64,000 nucleotides of DNA, from contig LFSE01000067.1 in the NCBI GenBank assembly GCA_001513075.1, positions 23,233-87,232 of the forward strand, given 5' to 3'. Positions 1 through 8,882 of the stretch are shown one piece after another. Each line of letters opens with the position of its first letter. Within the stretch, counting starts at the first letter, position 1. Source of the DNA: Clostridiales bacterium DTU074. Its GTDB lineage: Bacteria > Bacillota > Clostridia > Caldicoprobacterales > Caldicoprobacteraceae. The notes below the pieces were generated by a model. The model saw only the letters and a program-made list of their open reading frames with translations. It was not told the origin of the DNA and searched no databases. The position numbers were made by a program, and so were the translations under genes.

Positions 1-1106
1 GTCTTATCATAATATTTAGCAAATTTTCCGATAAGTACAGGCACAGGCCGGTTATTCCCACCTTTAGAGATATCTCCAGCGGGATCGTCAGATTTAGGTG
101 GCTTTTCCTTGTAATAGTTGTATTGGTTGCCGCACCCTCATTTTTGGCACAGAACAACCTTAAGTATTACTACAGCATCGAACGTTATTTGCCGGAAAAC
201 TCTCCCGCTGTAATGGATACAAACAGGATAAGGGATATCTTTATGAGCACTGAAGCTGTGTATGTTATAACTCCGGATGAAGGAAATGTTAAAGAAAAGG
301 AATTGGCGGGCAGAATAGAAGCTGTTGATGCAGTTGATTCGGTGTTGGGTCTGTCTCAACAGGTTGATCTGACAATACCCGAGACTTATATTCCGGCTGA
401 TGTGAAGGACAGATACATAAAGGATGGTTATAGATTCTTTGAAGTGCGCTTATCAACTCCTTCGGATGATCCCCGGACATTTAAAGCAGTGGATCAGATA
501 AGGGAAATGGCTCAGGATATGTATGATGAGTGCTATGTAACTGGTTCACCTGCATTGACGAGGGATCTGGCCAGCCTGGTTGATACCGATATGAAAAAAG
601 TTACAACAATATCCATAGGGCTGATTCTGATTATTCTGGCCATCAGCTTTAAGTCGCTGTCCATTCCGTTTTTGCTAGTATTTGTGATAGAAATGGCTAT
701 ATGGATAAACTTAAGCATACCGTATTTCCAGGATGCAACCGTATCATCCATAACCTCAATTGTGATTAACGCTATTCAATTGGGTGCCACCGTAGACTAT
801 GCAATATTGTTTACAAGCCGGTATAGAGAAAACCTTGGCGTTGTCAGGAACGGATTGGAGGCGATGAAGCAGACCATAGAGGATACCGGCAGATCAATTT
901 TAACAAGTGCATTGACGATGATTGCCGCAACCCTGGGTATTGCACTGATTGCCAGCATAAAGGCCACCGGCGAACTAACTATGATGATAGGAAGAGGGGC
1001 GGCTATAAGTATGGTGATAATATTCTTGGTACTGCCATCCGTACTTCTGATATTCGATAAACCTATAAAGTATACAACATTGGGCTGGAAAGGACCAGGG
1101 GCATAA
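1..1106 (+). CDS. MMPL/RND-superfamily membrane transporter, C-terminal half (5' end lies upstream of the window)
   Basis: The frame of ORF 123..1106 stays open back to nt 3 with no stop, so the gene enters from upstream. The layout is a TM helix, a soluble loop, then a bundle of about 5 TM helices. The motif 'GATVDYAILFTSRYRE' is typical of MMPL proteins. Confidence 0.75.
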   Translation, partial: LIIIFSKFSDKYRHRPVIPTFRDISSGIVRFRWLFLVIVVLVAAPSFLAQNNLKYYYSIERYLPENSPAVMDTNRIRDIFMSTEAVYVITPDEGNVKEKELAGRIEAVDAVDSVLGLSQQVDLTIPETYIPADVKDRYIKDGYRFFEVRLSTPSDDPRTFKAVDQIREMAQDMYDECYVTGSPALTRDLASLVDTDMKKVTTISIGLILIILAISFKSLSIPFLLVFVIEMAIWINLSIPYFQDATVSSITSIVINAIQLGATVDYAILFTSRYRENLGVVRNGLEAMKQTIEDTGRSILTSALTMIAATLGIALIASIKATGELTMMIGRGAAISMVIIFLVLPSVLLIFDKPIKYTTLGWKGPGA

Positions 1107-1155
1107 ACGGTTTTTATCAGCCAAAGGCTGTTTTGTGGAATGGAGGTAAGGGATC

Positions 1156-3069
1156 ATGAGCAAGATTGTTTCACGAGTATTGTTAATACTATGTACGGCA
1201 AGCTTTATCCTGATGCCGGTAAGGATAACCCATGCCGATGAAGGGACAATTTATGAAAAAAATAGCGATGCAGGTATGTTAATGAAAAATGAGACGGTAT
1301 ATGTAACATTGGATCACAATGGGAGGGTATTGGATCAAAGGGTTGTGAATCGGTTATATGCCAATGGAGCAGTGGATAAAGTTGTAGATTACGGAGATTA
1401 TATTTCGATCAGAAGCATGGAGTTGGACGTCGTGCCCGAGATTCGAAATGATCAGATAATATGGGACCCCGATTTATTAAAAAGAGGGGATATATATTAT
1501 GAAGGTATTACTGATAAGGAGTTACCGATAGAAGTTTCCATAAAGTATTTTCTTGATGGTGTGGAGATTGATGCTGCTGACATTGCCGGCAAAAGCGGAA
1601 ATGTTGGAATAGAGATAAAAATAAAAAACAGGATGAGGGTTGAAGAGCCAATAAGTTATAAGAGCTTTGATGGCTCGACAGTATCACAGGATTACGAGTA
1701 TTATACACCATTCCTGGTGCAGGTGTCTTATGCGGTAGATCTTGATGTTTTCTCAGAAGTGAAGGCTGAGGATGCCGTAAAGGTAACAACAGGAAAGACC
1801 ATGAACCTAAGCTTTGCTACCTTCCCATACCCGGATTCTGAATTGTACTTTGAAATGAAGGGTGACAATATAGAACTGAATCCCATTACATTTACCGTTT
1901 TTCCTCAGCTAATGCCGGTACAGAATGTTGAATTGGGCGAAGAGTTGGAGAAGCTGTTTGAAGGGCTGGAGCGAATCAGGGATGGCCTGGAGCAGTTGGG
2001 GAACGGAATAGACTCACTTGCCGGTGTAAGCAGGAGGATACATGCAGGACAGCGGGAGTTTTATCAAGGTCTTTCCGATATAGCAGAGGGGAGCGGTGAA
2101 CTGGGCAGGAATTCGGATGCTCTTGTCACGGGATATGTTTCCATTATGGAAGGTTTAGGAGAATTGAAGGATGGAGCAAAAGAACTGTCACATGCACTTG
2201 GTTACATACAACCGGGCATGGATATACTAAGCAATTCGGCGAAGGAGCTTTCAAACGGCCTGGGAACACTGAAAAAAGGTGCGGGTGAATTGGAAGTAGC
2301 GGGCAATAAACTAATACAGGGGTATGCGGCATTAAAAAATATAAATGAGATAATAGTTTCCCTGGCTGTGGAACTGGCCGCCAAGGATCCGGATAATCCC
2401 GAATTGCAACAGCTCAACGCATTGATGGCTCAGCAGGCCCAGCTTATAGATTCACTGGCGGGTGCGGGTGAAGGGATAACCCAGGGGGCAAAAGCCCTGA
2501 GCCAAGGAATGGATACAATAAAGGGGAATCTGGATAGGGAGTTTATACCGGGCATGGAAGGTCTGGCTGACGGAATTAGTGAGGCCGTTTCAGGCTTTGA
2601 TGTTTTGATTGAGGGTATGTCCCGGTACAAAAAAGGGCAGGCAGCATATAAGCAGGGATTGGTGGATTATATCGAAGGTGTGCAGAAAATAGCCGATGGG
2701 TTGGAAGAATTGAAGCGACATTCCGGCAATATGTTGTCCGGACTTGAGGAACTGGTAAAGGCGCTTGACAACCTCGGTAAGGGAATTGCTGATATTAGCG
2801 AAAAAGGTTTTCCGGAGCTGCAGGACGGTATCGTTAAAGCTATTGACGATATGCGATTTGCCGAAGCTTTACTAGACAAAATGGAGGAACTGGTACGGGA
2901 CTATAGATCCTTTATGGACAACCAAAAAAACAGAAACAGCAGCGTACAGTTTATTATGAAAACGGATGGAATTGTATTACGGGATGTTGAAGAAAAGACA
3001 GATGCTCAGGATACAGGGGAATCCAAGGCAAATTGGTGGAAGAGATTGTTAAAACTCTTCGGTATGTAA
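1156..3069 (+). CDS. Secreted or surface protein with YhgE/Pip-type xxxLxxG heptad repeats
   Basis: An RBS (ggagg) precedes the ATG. There is an N-terminal signal-like helix (LLILCTASFILMP). The central region has many repeats of the form GLxxLxxG (e.g. LEQLGNGIDSLAG, GLGELKDGAKELSHALG, GLGTLKKGAGELE). It lies 50 nt downstream of the MMPL gene, so it is probably co-transcribed. Confidence 0.6.
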   Translation: MSKIVSRVLLILCTASFILMPVRITHADEGTIYEKNSDAGMLMKNETVYVTLDHNGRVLDQRVVNRLYANGAVDKVVDYGDYISIRSMELDVVPEIRNDQIIWDPDLLKRGDIYYEGITDKELPIEVSIKYFLDGVEIDAADIAGKSGNVGIEIKIKNRMRVEEPISYKSFDGSTVSQDYEYYTPFLVQVSYAVDLDVFSEVKAEDAVKVTTGKTMNLSFATFPYPDSELYFEMKGDNIELNPITFTVFPQLMPVQNVELGEELEKLFEGLERIRDGLEQLGNGIDSLAGVSRRIHAGQREFYQGLSDIAEGSGELGRNSDALVTGYVSIMEGLGELKDGAKELSHALGYIQPGMDILSNSAKELSNGLGTLKKGAGELEVAGNKLIQGYAALKNINEIIVSLAVELAAKDPDNPELQQLNALMAQQAQLIDSLAGAGEGITQGAKALSQGMDTIKGNLDREFIPGMEGLADGISEAVSGFDVLIEGMSRYKKGQAAYKQGLVDYIEGVQKIADGLEELKRHSGNMLSGLEELVKALDNLGKGIADISEKGFPELQDGIVKAIDDMRFAEALLDKMEELVRDYRSFMDNQKNRNSSVQFIMKTDGIVLRDVEEKTDAQDTGESKANWWKRLLKLFGM

Positions 3070-3157
3070 TTCTATGTGGTGGAATGGGGCAGCAGAAAGA
3101 TGCTGAAAAAGCGAAAAAGACAGATATGCAAAATAAAAAAGCTCTCCAAAATAGCCC

Positions 3158-3186
3158 TTGACAGAGTAAATTAAATGCTGTATATT
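3158..3186 (+). promoter_or_regulatory. Sigma-A type promoter of tRNA operon 1
   Basis: TTGACA (3158-3163), a 17-nt spacer, then TATATT (3181-3186), about 35 nt upstream of tRNA-Pro. Confidence 0.6.
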
Positions 3187-3219
3187 ATTATTTGTCTTTG
3201 AGAGATACAATGATTGGCT

Positions 3220-3296
3220 CGGGGTGTAGCGCAGCTTGGTAGCGCACGTGCTTTGGGAGCATGGGGCCGGGGGTTCAAATCCCTCCACCCCGACCA
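3220..3296 (+). tRNA. tRNA-Pro (anticodon TGG)
   Basis: Cloverleaf folded by hand. Acceptor cggggtg/caccccg, anticodon loop cTTTGGGa, T-loop GTTCAAATC, encoded CCA. Confidence 0.9.
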
Positions 3297-3306
3297 GGTG
3301 CTTTGC

Positions 3307-3382
3307 GGGCCTTTAGCTCAGCGGTTAGAGCAACCGGCTCATAACCGGTCGGTCCGGGGTTCGAATCCCTGAAGGCCCACCA
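3307..3382 (+). tRNA. tRNA with CAT anticodon (elongator Met or lysidine-modified Ile2; not an initiator)
   Basis: Acceptor gggcctt/aaggccc, loop CTCATAA, encoded CCA. It lacks the GGG/CCC anticodon stem of initiator tRNA. The acceptor and D-arm resemble my recollection of Bacillus tRNA-Ile2. The two identities cannot be separated by eye. Confidence 0.85.
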
Positions 3383-3387
3383 AAAAT

Positions 3388-3463
<76 letters not shown>

Positions 3464-3478
3464 CCAAATGTATATCAT

Positions 3479-3563
3479 GGAGGGGTTCCCGAGTGGCCAA
3501 AGGGGGCAGACTGTAAATCTGCTGGCACAGCCTTCGATGGTTCGAATCCATCTCCCTCCACCA
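3479..3563 (+). tRNA. tRNA-Tyr (GTA), long variable arm
   Basis: Acceptor ggagggg/tccctcc, loop CTGTAAA, long extra arm, encoded CCA. Confidence 0.9.
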
Positions 3564-3593
3564 TTTTATCTAACTATGAAAAGCGTTTTTGCG

Positions 3594-3622
3594 TTGACAG
3601 AAGGGTTAAATTTTCATATAAT
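3594..3622 (+). promoter_or_regulatory. Internal consensus promoter between tRNA-Tyr and tRNA-Leu
   Basis: TTGACA (3594-3599), a 17-nt spacer, then TATAAT (3617-3622), 20 nt upstream of tRNA-Leu. Confidence 0.55.
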
Positions 3623-3641
3623 TTATATGGAAAGATGATAC

Positions 3642-3729
3642 GCGAAAGTGGTGGAATTGGCAGACGCGCTAGATTCAGGGTCTAGTGGGCTTTACGCCCG
3701 TGGGGGTTCGACTCCCCCCTTTCGCACCA
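3642..3729 (+). tRNA. tRNA-Leu (CAG), long variable arm
   Basis: Acceptor gcgaaag/ctttcgc, anticodon stem ctaga/tctag with loop TTCAGGG, long extra arm, encoded CCA. Confidence 0.9.
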
Positions 3730-3734
3730 GCGGC

Positions 3735-3772
3735 AAAAAACTCCGGGGTTATTAAAACCCCGGAGTTTTTTT
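3735..3772. terminator. Bidirectional rho-independent terminator (tRNA operon on +, GH operon on -)
   Basis: Stem aaaaaactccgggg / ccccggagtttttt with loop ttattaaaa. An A-tract lies 5' and a T-tract lies 3', so it can act on both strands. Confidence 0.8.
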
Positions 3773-3813
3773 ATCGAAAAAATCGGTATTTCGGATTTAC
3801 CAGACAAGCTTCC

Positions 3814-4821
3814 TCACAAAGGATACTTTTTAATATAGTTTAATGTTTCATCAACGGTAGTAAAGGCAATCCCGGTAACCGTATCAGCACAGCCGTAATA
3901 TATTGCAATTCGGCCTGTAGCCGAATCAGTCAGGGCTGCGCACGGAAATACAACATTGGGTACGTCGCCGGCCAGTTCATATAACTCTTCCGGACCCAAA
4001 ATATAATATCTGGAGCGCACCTTGACCTTCCAGGGCTTGTCAATATCGAGAAGAGCAGCGCCCATGCGATAGACAAAGCCGTTACAGGTTGTGATCACGC
4101 CGTGATAAAATAACAGCCAACCTTCATCGGTCTCAATGGGGATGGGACCTGCTCCAATCTTGGTTGACTGCCATGCGCTCCTGTCATCTTTGATCGGACC
4201 CATAACATGCCTATGCTTTCCCCAGAAAACCATATCCGGGCTGAAGCTAACAAATATATCTCCAAAGGGAGTATGGCCGGTATCGCTGGGCCGGCTCAAC
4301 ATACAGTATTTGCCGTTAATTTTTCGAGGGAACAGGACTCCGTTTCGGTTATATGGAAGAAAAGCATTTTCTATCTGATAGAATGTCTTGAAATCGTAAG
4401 TATAGCCCACACCGATGGTAGGGCCATGGTATCCATTGCACCATGTTATGTAATATTTACCATCCAAATAGCAAATTCGGGGATCGTAGCGATATTCCCT
4501 CTTCAAAAACTCCTGCTCTTCATCCGGATTTTTGCCTTCTCCAATAAACTGGATCGGAGTTTCCTCAATGTCCCAATTGATTCCGTCCTTGCTGAAGCCG
4601 GCAAACAAATCCATGCTCAATGCCTTGCTGTCGCAACGAAATACTCCTGCAAACCCATCTTTATAACGAATGACTGCGCTGTTAAAGATACTGTTTGATG
4701 TGGGAATTGCATCCCGCTTGATTATGGGGTTGCCGGAATACCTCCAAATGGGAGCCTTGCACCCTTTGGGCTTGTCCTCCCAGGGTATGTTGGGTAATGG
4801 ATCTCCTATAATTCTTGCCAT
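3814..4821 (-). CDS. GH130 family beta-mannoside phosphorylase (beta-1,4-mannooligosaccharide / mannosyl-GlcNAc phosphorylase type)
   Basis: 335 aa. The N-terminal '[25 protein letters not shown]...[11 protein letters not shown]', the later '[15 protein letters not shown]' and the overall length fit my recollection of GH130 five-bladed propeller phosphorylases. Confidence 0.75.
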   Translation of the reverse strand: MARIIGDPLPNIPWEDKPKGCKAPIWRYSGNPIIKRDAIPTSNSIFNSAVIRYKDGFAGVFRCDSKALSMDLFAGFSKDGINWDIEETPIQFIGEGKNPDEEQEFLKREYRYDPRICYLDGKYYITWCNGYHGPTIGVGYTYDFKTFYQIENAFLPYNRNGVLFPRKINGKYCMLSRPSDTGHTPFGDIFVSFSPDMVFWGKHRHVMGPIKDDRSAWQSTKIGAGPIPIETDEGWLLFYHGVITTCNGFVYRMGAALLDIDKPWKVKVRSRYYILGPEELYELAGDVPNVVFPCAALTDSATGRIAIYYGCADTVTGIAFTTVDETLNYIKKYPL

Positions 4822-4876
4822 AATAAACCTCCAATCATTATGTTTTCTGTATAATAGATTATACTATTTTCATGGA

Positions 4877-6235
4877 TTATTCCAATACAAATATGTCACA
4901 GACCGGCGCCTTTCCTTCCCTCTTTGGCAGGGATATTTTGACCCCATTGTTGGTGTTGCTAAAGCTGACGGCTTGTTTTGTACCAAGGAGAGAAACCGAC
5001 TTTGCCTTCAATTCAATGGGTATAAACAGTTCATCCACCATGGTTTCATTTTCATCCATGTATAAATAAAATACGTAAACCTTACCGTCCTTTCCGGTAA
5101 ACGCAAGGTTACCCGTTCTGTAAGGAGGATATGGCCTGGTACAATATATGGCTTCTCCATATATCTTAAGCCAATTGCCCAGCTCTGCTATGGTTTTTAA
5201 AGCCTGTCTGGGAAGTCGTCCGTCGGGTTGAGGGCCGACGTTCAGGGCCAAATTTCCGCCTTTTGCCACTATATCGATCAAGAGATGGGCTACTCTTCGC
5301 AGCGGCTTGTAATCATCTCCGTAAGCAAAGGAAAAAGAGGTTCCCAGCGTAATACAGCTTTCCCAGGGAACGAAAATCGGTTCCTTTGGAATGGTCTGCT
5401 CCGGCGTTATATAGTTTTCGTAAATGCCTCCCACCGTCCTGTCGGCGACTATAAGCCCAGGCTGGGTGGTTTGACGAATCTCCTCTATGATTTCATGGAG
5501 ACGGAGATCCTGATTGTTCTGCGGGCATACCCAGCCTGCGTCCAGCCAGAGAATGTCTATCCTGCCATAATCGGTTAACAGTTCCCTTAATTGAGCGTGG
5601 GTATATTCAACGAATTTATTCCATAGTTCGGGATATTCCCTTGTATCGTAGGTTGTGTTTCTATTTTTGAATGAGCTGTGTTTGTGACCTTCCGCCCAGT
5701 AATACTCGCTGTGCCAATCCGCTTTTGAGAAATATGCAGCAATGCCAAGGCCTTCATTTCGGAATGCATCAAACAGCTTCCTTACAATATCGGCATTTTT
5801 ATTGTTTCTAAAGGGGCATTCCGGACCTGTAATTTTGTAGTCTGTAGTTTTTGTATCCCACATGCAAAAACCGTCGTGATGTTTTGTTGTAAAAATGAGA
5901 TACCTGAAACCTCCCTCCCTGGCAATCTTGGCCCACTGTTCGGGCATGAAACGGATGGGGTTGAAAGTTTTATTTAAGGATATGTACTGCTGTTTGAATA
6001 ATTCCATATCCCCGTCAACCCAGTCTATTTGATGCCTTGACCAATCCCCGTCTGCGTCGGATAGAGCCCAGGATTCCACAATGCCAAGCTGGCTGTATGG
6101 TCCCCAATGAATCATTAAACCAAGCTTTTGATCTTTAAACCATTCCAGTCTTTCACGCACCAGGGGATCCGAAGGTTCTATATATTTTTTTGCATCGGTA
6201 TAATTATGTACGCCCTCTACTATTTCATGTGCCAT
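4877..6235 (-). CDS. GH29 alpha-L-fucosidase
   Basis: 452 aa with 'GLMIHWGPYSQLG', 'TKHHDGFCMWDT' and 'DILWLDAGW', which are characteristic GH29 blocks. It lies 55 nt upstream of the GH130 gene on the same strand. Confidence 0.85.
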   Translation of the reverse strand: MAHEIVEGVHNYTDAKKYIEPSDPLVRERLEWFKDQKLGLMIHWGPYSQLGIVESWALSDADGDWSRHQIDWVDGDMELFKQQYISLNKTFNPIRFMPEQWAKIAREGGFRYLIFTTKHHDGFCMWDTKTTDYKITGPECPFRNNKNADIVRKLFDAFRNEGLGIAAYFSKADWHSEYYWAEGHKHSSFKNRNTTYDTREYPELWNKFVEYTHAQLRELLTDYGRIDILWLDAGWVCPQNNQDLRLHEIIEEIRQTTQPGLIVADRTVGGIYENYITPEQTIPKEPIFVPWESCITLGTSFSFAYGDDYKPLRRVAHLLIDIVAKGGNLALNVGPQPDGRLPRQALKTIAELGNWLKIYGEAIYCTRPYPPYRTGNLAFTGKDGKVYVFYLYMDENETMVDELFIPIELKAKSVSLLGTKQAVSFSNTNNGVKISLPKREGKAPVCDIFVLE

Positions 6236-6760
6236 TGATAAACCCTCCCCTTATATCAGAAATAGTTTTGCCCAGGTGAAGACAACAATACTTAACATAA
6301 ACAGAATTAATGGAATTATTCAAGCTTTTTATTGGCATTCTCAGCTTAGTTCTTTATAAGTTGTCCATTATGCAGTTTAGCTGACATAGATAAAGGCATT
6401 TCTCAAAACTTATTACTAAATTGCTTGATATAAGTTAGTGGATTTTACTGCAATGTTTTTTTTATTGAAATTTGAGATGGATATAAGTGTTGCTGTATAG
6501 CCCTCCTGTGATTATTAATGTTGCTATGACGCAAACTAACTGTAAGCCGGCTGTAACCCGATATAACTCCCAATGATTGGATATTTTATACACTCTAAAT
6601 ATACATCAACAAATATGCCGTGTCAACATAATCCATAATATTGCAATTTAGAAGAAATTTAGATTTGAAAACGTAACTGCTTTATTTATACAATTCTTTC
6701 TGATATAATCTAAGATAGAATTTTGTATAGATCCTTGTCGGATAGAAAGGAGCGAATCCT

Positions 6761-7078
6761 ATGAATATAACCCATAAATATGATTCTGATAAAAACAGCT
6801 GGGAGGTTACATTGTCCGGAGAAGTGGATGTTTATAATGCACCAGTGCTTAAAGAAACCCTTCACGGTTTGCTTGATGAAAAAAATACGGATATAATAAT
6901 CGATTGCAAGGAGCTGAAGTATATTGACAGCACCGGCTTGGGGGTCCTGATTGGAGTGCTGAAGCGGGTAAAGGATGAGGACGGCAATATTACAATCATT
7001 AATTTGAAACCCTATATAAAAAAGATATTTACCATAACAGATCTCGATAAAATATTTCTAATAGAGGTGCAGGAGTGA
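6761..7078 (+). CDS. STAS-domain anti-sigma-factor antagonist (RsbV/SpoIIAA family)
   Basis: 105 aa. The phospho-acceptor motif 'IDSTGLGVL' is conserved. An RBS (aaaggag) is present. The stop overlaps the next start (gtgatg). Confidence 0.85.
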   Translation: MNITHKYDSDKNSWEVTLSGEVDVYNAPVLKETLHGLLDEKNTDIIIDCKELKYIDSTGLGVLIGVLKRVKDEDGNITIINLKPYIKKIFTITDLDKIFLIEVQE

Positions 7079-7470
7079 TGAATGAGGATCGTGTTTTTTT
7101 AAAAGTACCTGCAAAGCCGGAATACATTATGGTTATCCGATTAACTACTTCAGCTGTAGCCAGCCGTGCCGGGTTCGGTGTGGATGAAATTGAGGATATA
7201 AAGGTGGCAGTGGCTGAGGCAGGGATTGTTATAATGAATCAGCACAAAGGTACAGGAAATATTGATTTAAGCTTTAAAATAATCGGTGATGAAGGGATTC
7301 GGATACATATATGCGCGTCTGATGTAAAAGAAAAGATCGAACCCTTTATAGATAATGAACAGACAGAACTTAGTTTTTATATTATGGAATCTTTTATGGA
7401 TGGTATTGAGAAGAAGGAAGAAAATGGATATATACGTGAATTGATAATGTATAAAAAATTTGGGGGTTAA
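7075..7470 (+). CDS. RsbW-like anti-sigma factor with degenerate (apparently non-catalytic) HATPase domain
   Basis: The N-terminus 'FLKVPAKPEYIMVIRLTTSAVASRAGFGVDEIEDIKVAVAEA' follows the RsbW pattern (recalled as '[41 protein letters not shown]'). The N-box reads AEAGIVIMNQH rather than ExxxNxxxH. No DxGxG (G1) or GxGL (G2) box is visible. The protein is only 131 aa. Confidence 0.65.
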   Translation: MMNEDRVFLKVPAKPEYIMVIRLTTSAVASRAGFGVDEIEDIKVAVAEAGIVIMNQHKGTGNIDLSFKIIGDEGIRIHICASDVKEKIEPFIDNEQTELSFYIMESFMDGIEKKEENGYIRELIMYKKFGG

Positions 7471-7476
7471 TATTTC

Positions 7477-8232
7477 ATGGGTATACAAGTTAGCGAAAAA
7501 GATAAGTCCGAAAAGCTGGAAGAATTGCTTAAAGAATATTGTGATACCCGGGATATAACTCTTAGGAATAAACTGCTTAATGAATATCTGTATATTGCCG
7601 AGATAATAGCAAAGAAGTTTGTAAACCGCGGAGTAGAATACGATGATTTGTTTCAGATAGCCTCACTTGCCCTGTTAAAAGCCCTGGAACGGTATGATAT
7701 AAATAAAGGGTATAAGTTCTCCAGCTTTGCTACTCCTACCATAATCGGAGAGATTAAGAACTATTTCAGGGATAGAAGCCGTATTATTCGCTTGCCGCGA
7801 AAGGAAAGTGAAATGATAAAAAAGCTGGAGAAAGCACGTCATCAGCTTACGTACAGTTTAGGTCGCTCTCCGAAACCCGAAGAGATTGCCGAACATCTGG
7901 GTATCAGTACCGAAGAGGTATTGGAATTGATGGAGTCCAGCTATATAACCAACACTATCTCATTAGACTATTATATTGATGACGGCGAAACGGATCTGTC
8001 CATGCTGATAGGAGAAGAAGAAAAGGACTATATAAGAATAGAAGATAGAGATCTGGTTGAAAAAGCCATGGAAAAGCTGAATGACCTGGAGCGAAAGGTA
8101 ATATATGAGCGATTTTTTAATGAAAGAAGTCAAAGGGATATTGCTGAAGAAATAGGAGTTTCCCAGATGTATATTTCAAGGCTGGAACGAAGGGTACTCC
8201 AACGATTAAAGCGAATATTTAGCGAAAAATAA
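7477..8232 (+). CDS. Group-3 sigma-70 family sigma factor, SigB/SigF-like (closest in pattern to SigB)
   Basis: 251 aa. Region 2 reads 'DDLFQIASLALLKALERYD...FSSFATPTIIGEIKNYFRD'. Region 4.2 has the HTH 'SQRDIAEEIGVSQMYISRLERRVLQRLK'. Confidence 0.85.
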   Translation: MGIQVSEKDKSEKLEELLKEYCDTRDITLRNKLLNEYLYIAEIIAKKFVNRGVEYDDLFQIASLALLKALERYDINKGYKFSSFATPTIIGEIKNYFRDRSRIIRLPRKESEMIKKLEKARHQLTYSLGRSPKPEEIAEHLGISTEEVLELMESSYITNTISLDYYIDDGETDLSMLIGEEEKDYIRIEDRDLVEKAMEKLNDLERKVIYERFFNERSQRDIAEEIGVSQMYISRLERRVLQRLKRIFSEK

Positions 8233-8319
8233 CAGAGCAATGGAATGTTTTAAGAAATATGAGCGGGGGTAGTTATTATATAGATGATAAAACAAGACCG
8301 AATATGGAGGTAGCTCTAA

Positions 8320-8745
8320 GTGGAATTGCTATACAAAAAAGAGGTTAAAGGTGCCAAACCACAAATGGTAAGAGAACTTACAGGGGAGATTATAAATTCA
8401 ATAGAAGCATGGAGATGCCTAAGTGAAGAGGAGAAATATGAATTTCGCATTATTATTAATGAATTAATAGTTAATGGGATCATTCATGGGAATGAGTGTT
8501 TCTGTGACAAGGTTCTGAAAGTCGCCATATATGCTCTTGATGATAATACCGTTTCCATCTGTATACAGGATGAAGGGAGAGGTTTTAACTATAAGGAAAT
8601 AATAGAAGAAGGGTGTTTCCCATGTGACTCTGCATTGTTTTTGGAAAGGGGCAGGGGTTTAAAAATAGTAAAGCATATATGCGATGCAATAAAATTCAGC
8701 CATAATGGGAGCTGGGTCAATGTTAAAAAAACCGTGAGGGCATAA
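8320..8745 (+). CDS. Stand-alone HATPase_c serine-protein-kinase / anti-sigma-factor-like protein (intact ATP-binding motifs)
   Basis: GTG start with GGAGG 10 nt upstream. N-box 'NELIVNGIIHGNE', G1 'IQDEGRGF' and G2 'GRGLKIV' are all present. 141 aa, which is SpoIIAB/RsbW size. Confidence 0.7.
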   Translation: MELLYKKEVKGAKPQMVRELTGEIINSIEAWRCLSEEEKYEFRIIINELIVNGIIHGNECFCDKVLKVAIYALDDNTVSICIQDEGRGFNYKEIIEEGCFPCDSALFLERGRGLKIVKHICDAIKFSHNGSWVNVKKTVRA

Positions 8746-8882
8746 ATAAAAAGCTATAAACAGGTCTTGGGGGAACCCAATAAAAGTTTCGGCAGAGGAA
8801 GCTTTTTTTTCTTTTTATAGAGGATTTTTTTATTTTTTAGAGAAATAAACTAATAAGAATAGATGCTTGGAAGGAATGGGCG

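Noticed and set aside
6761-8232. Interpreting the first three genes as the canonical sporulation operon spoIIAA-spoIIAB-sigF
   Set aside because: The middle protein lacks all ATP-binding boxes that SpoIIAB requires. The sigma's conserved blocks are closer to SigB than to SigF. A fourth kinase-like gene follows. I kept it as an atypical SigB-like module, but an HMM or phylogeny check is needed.
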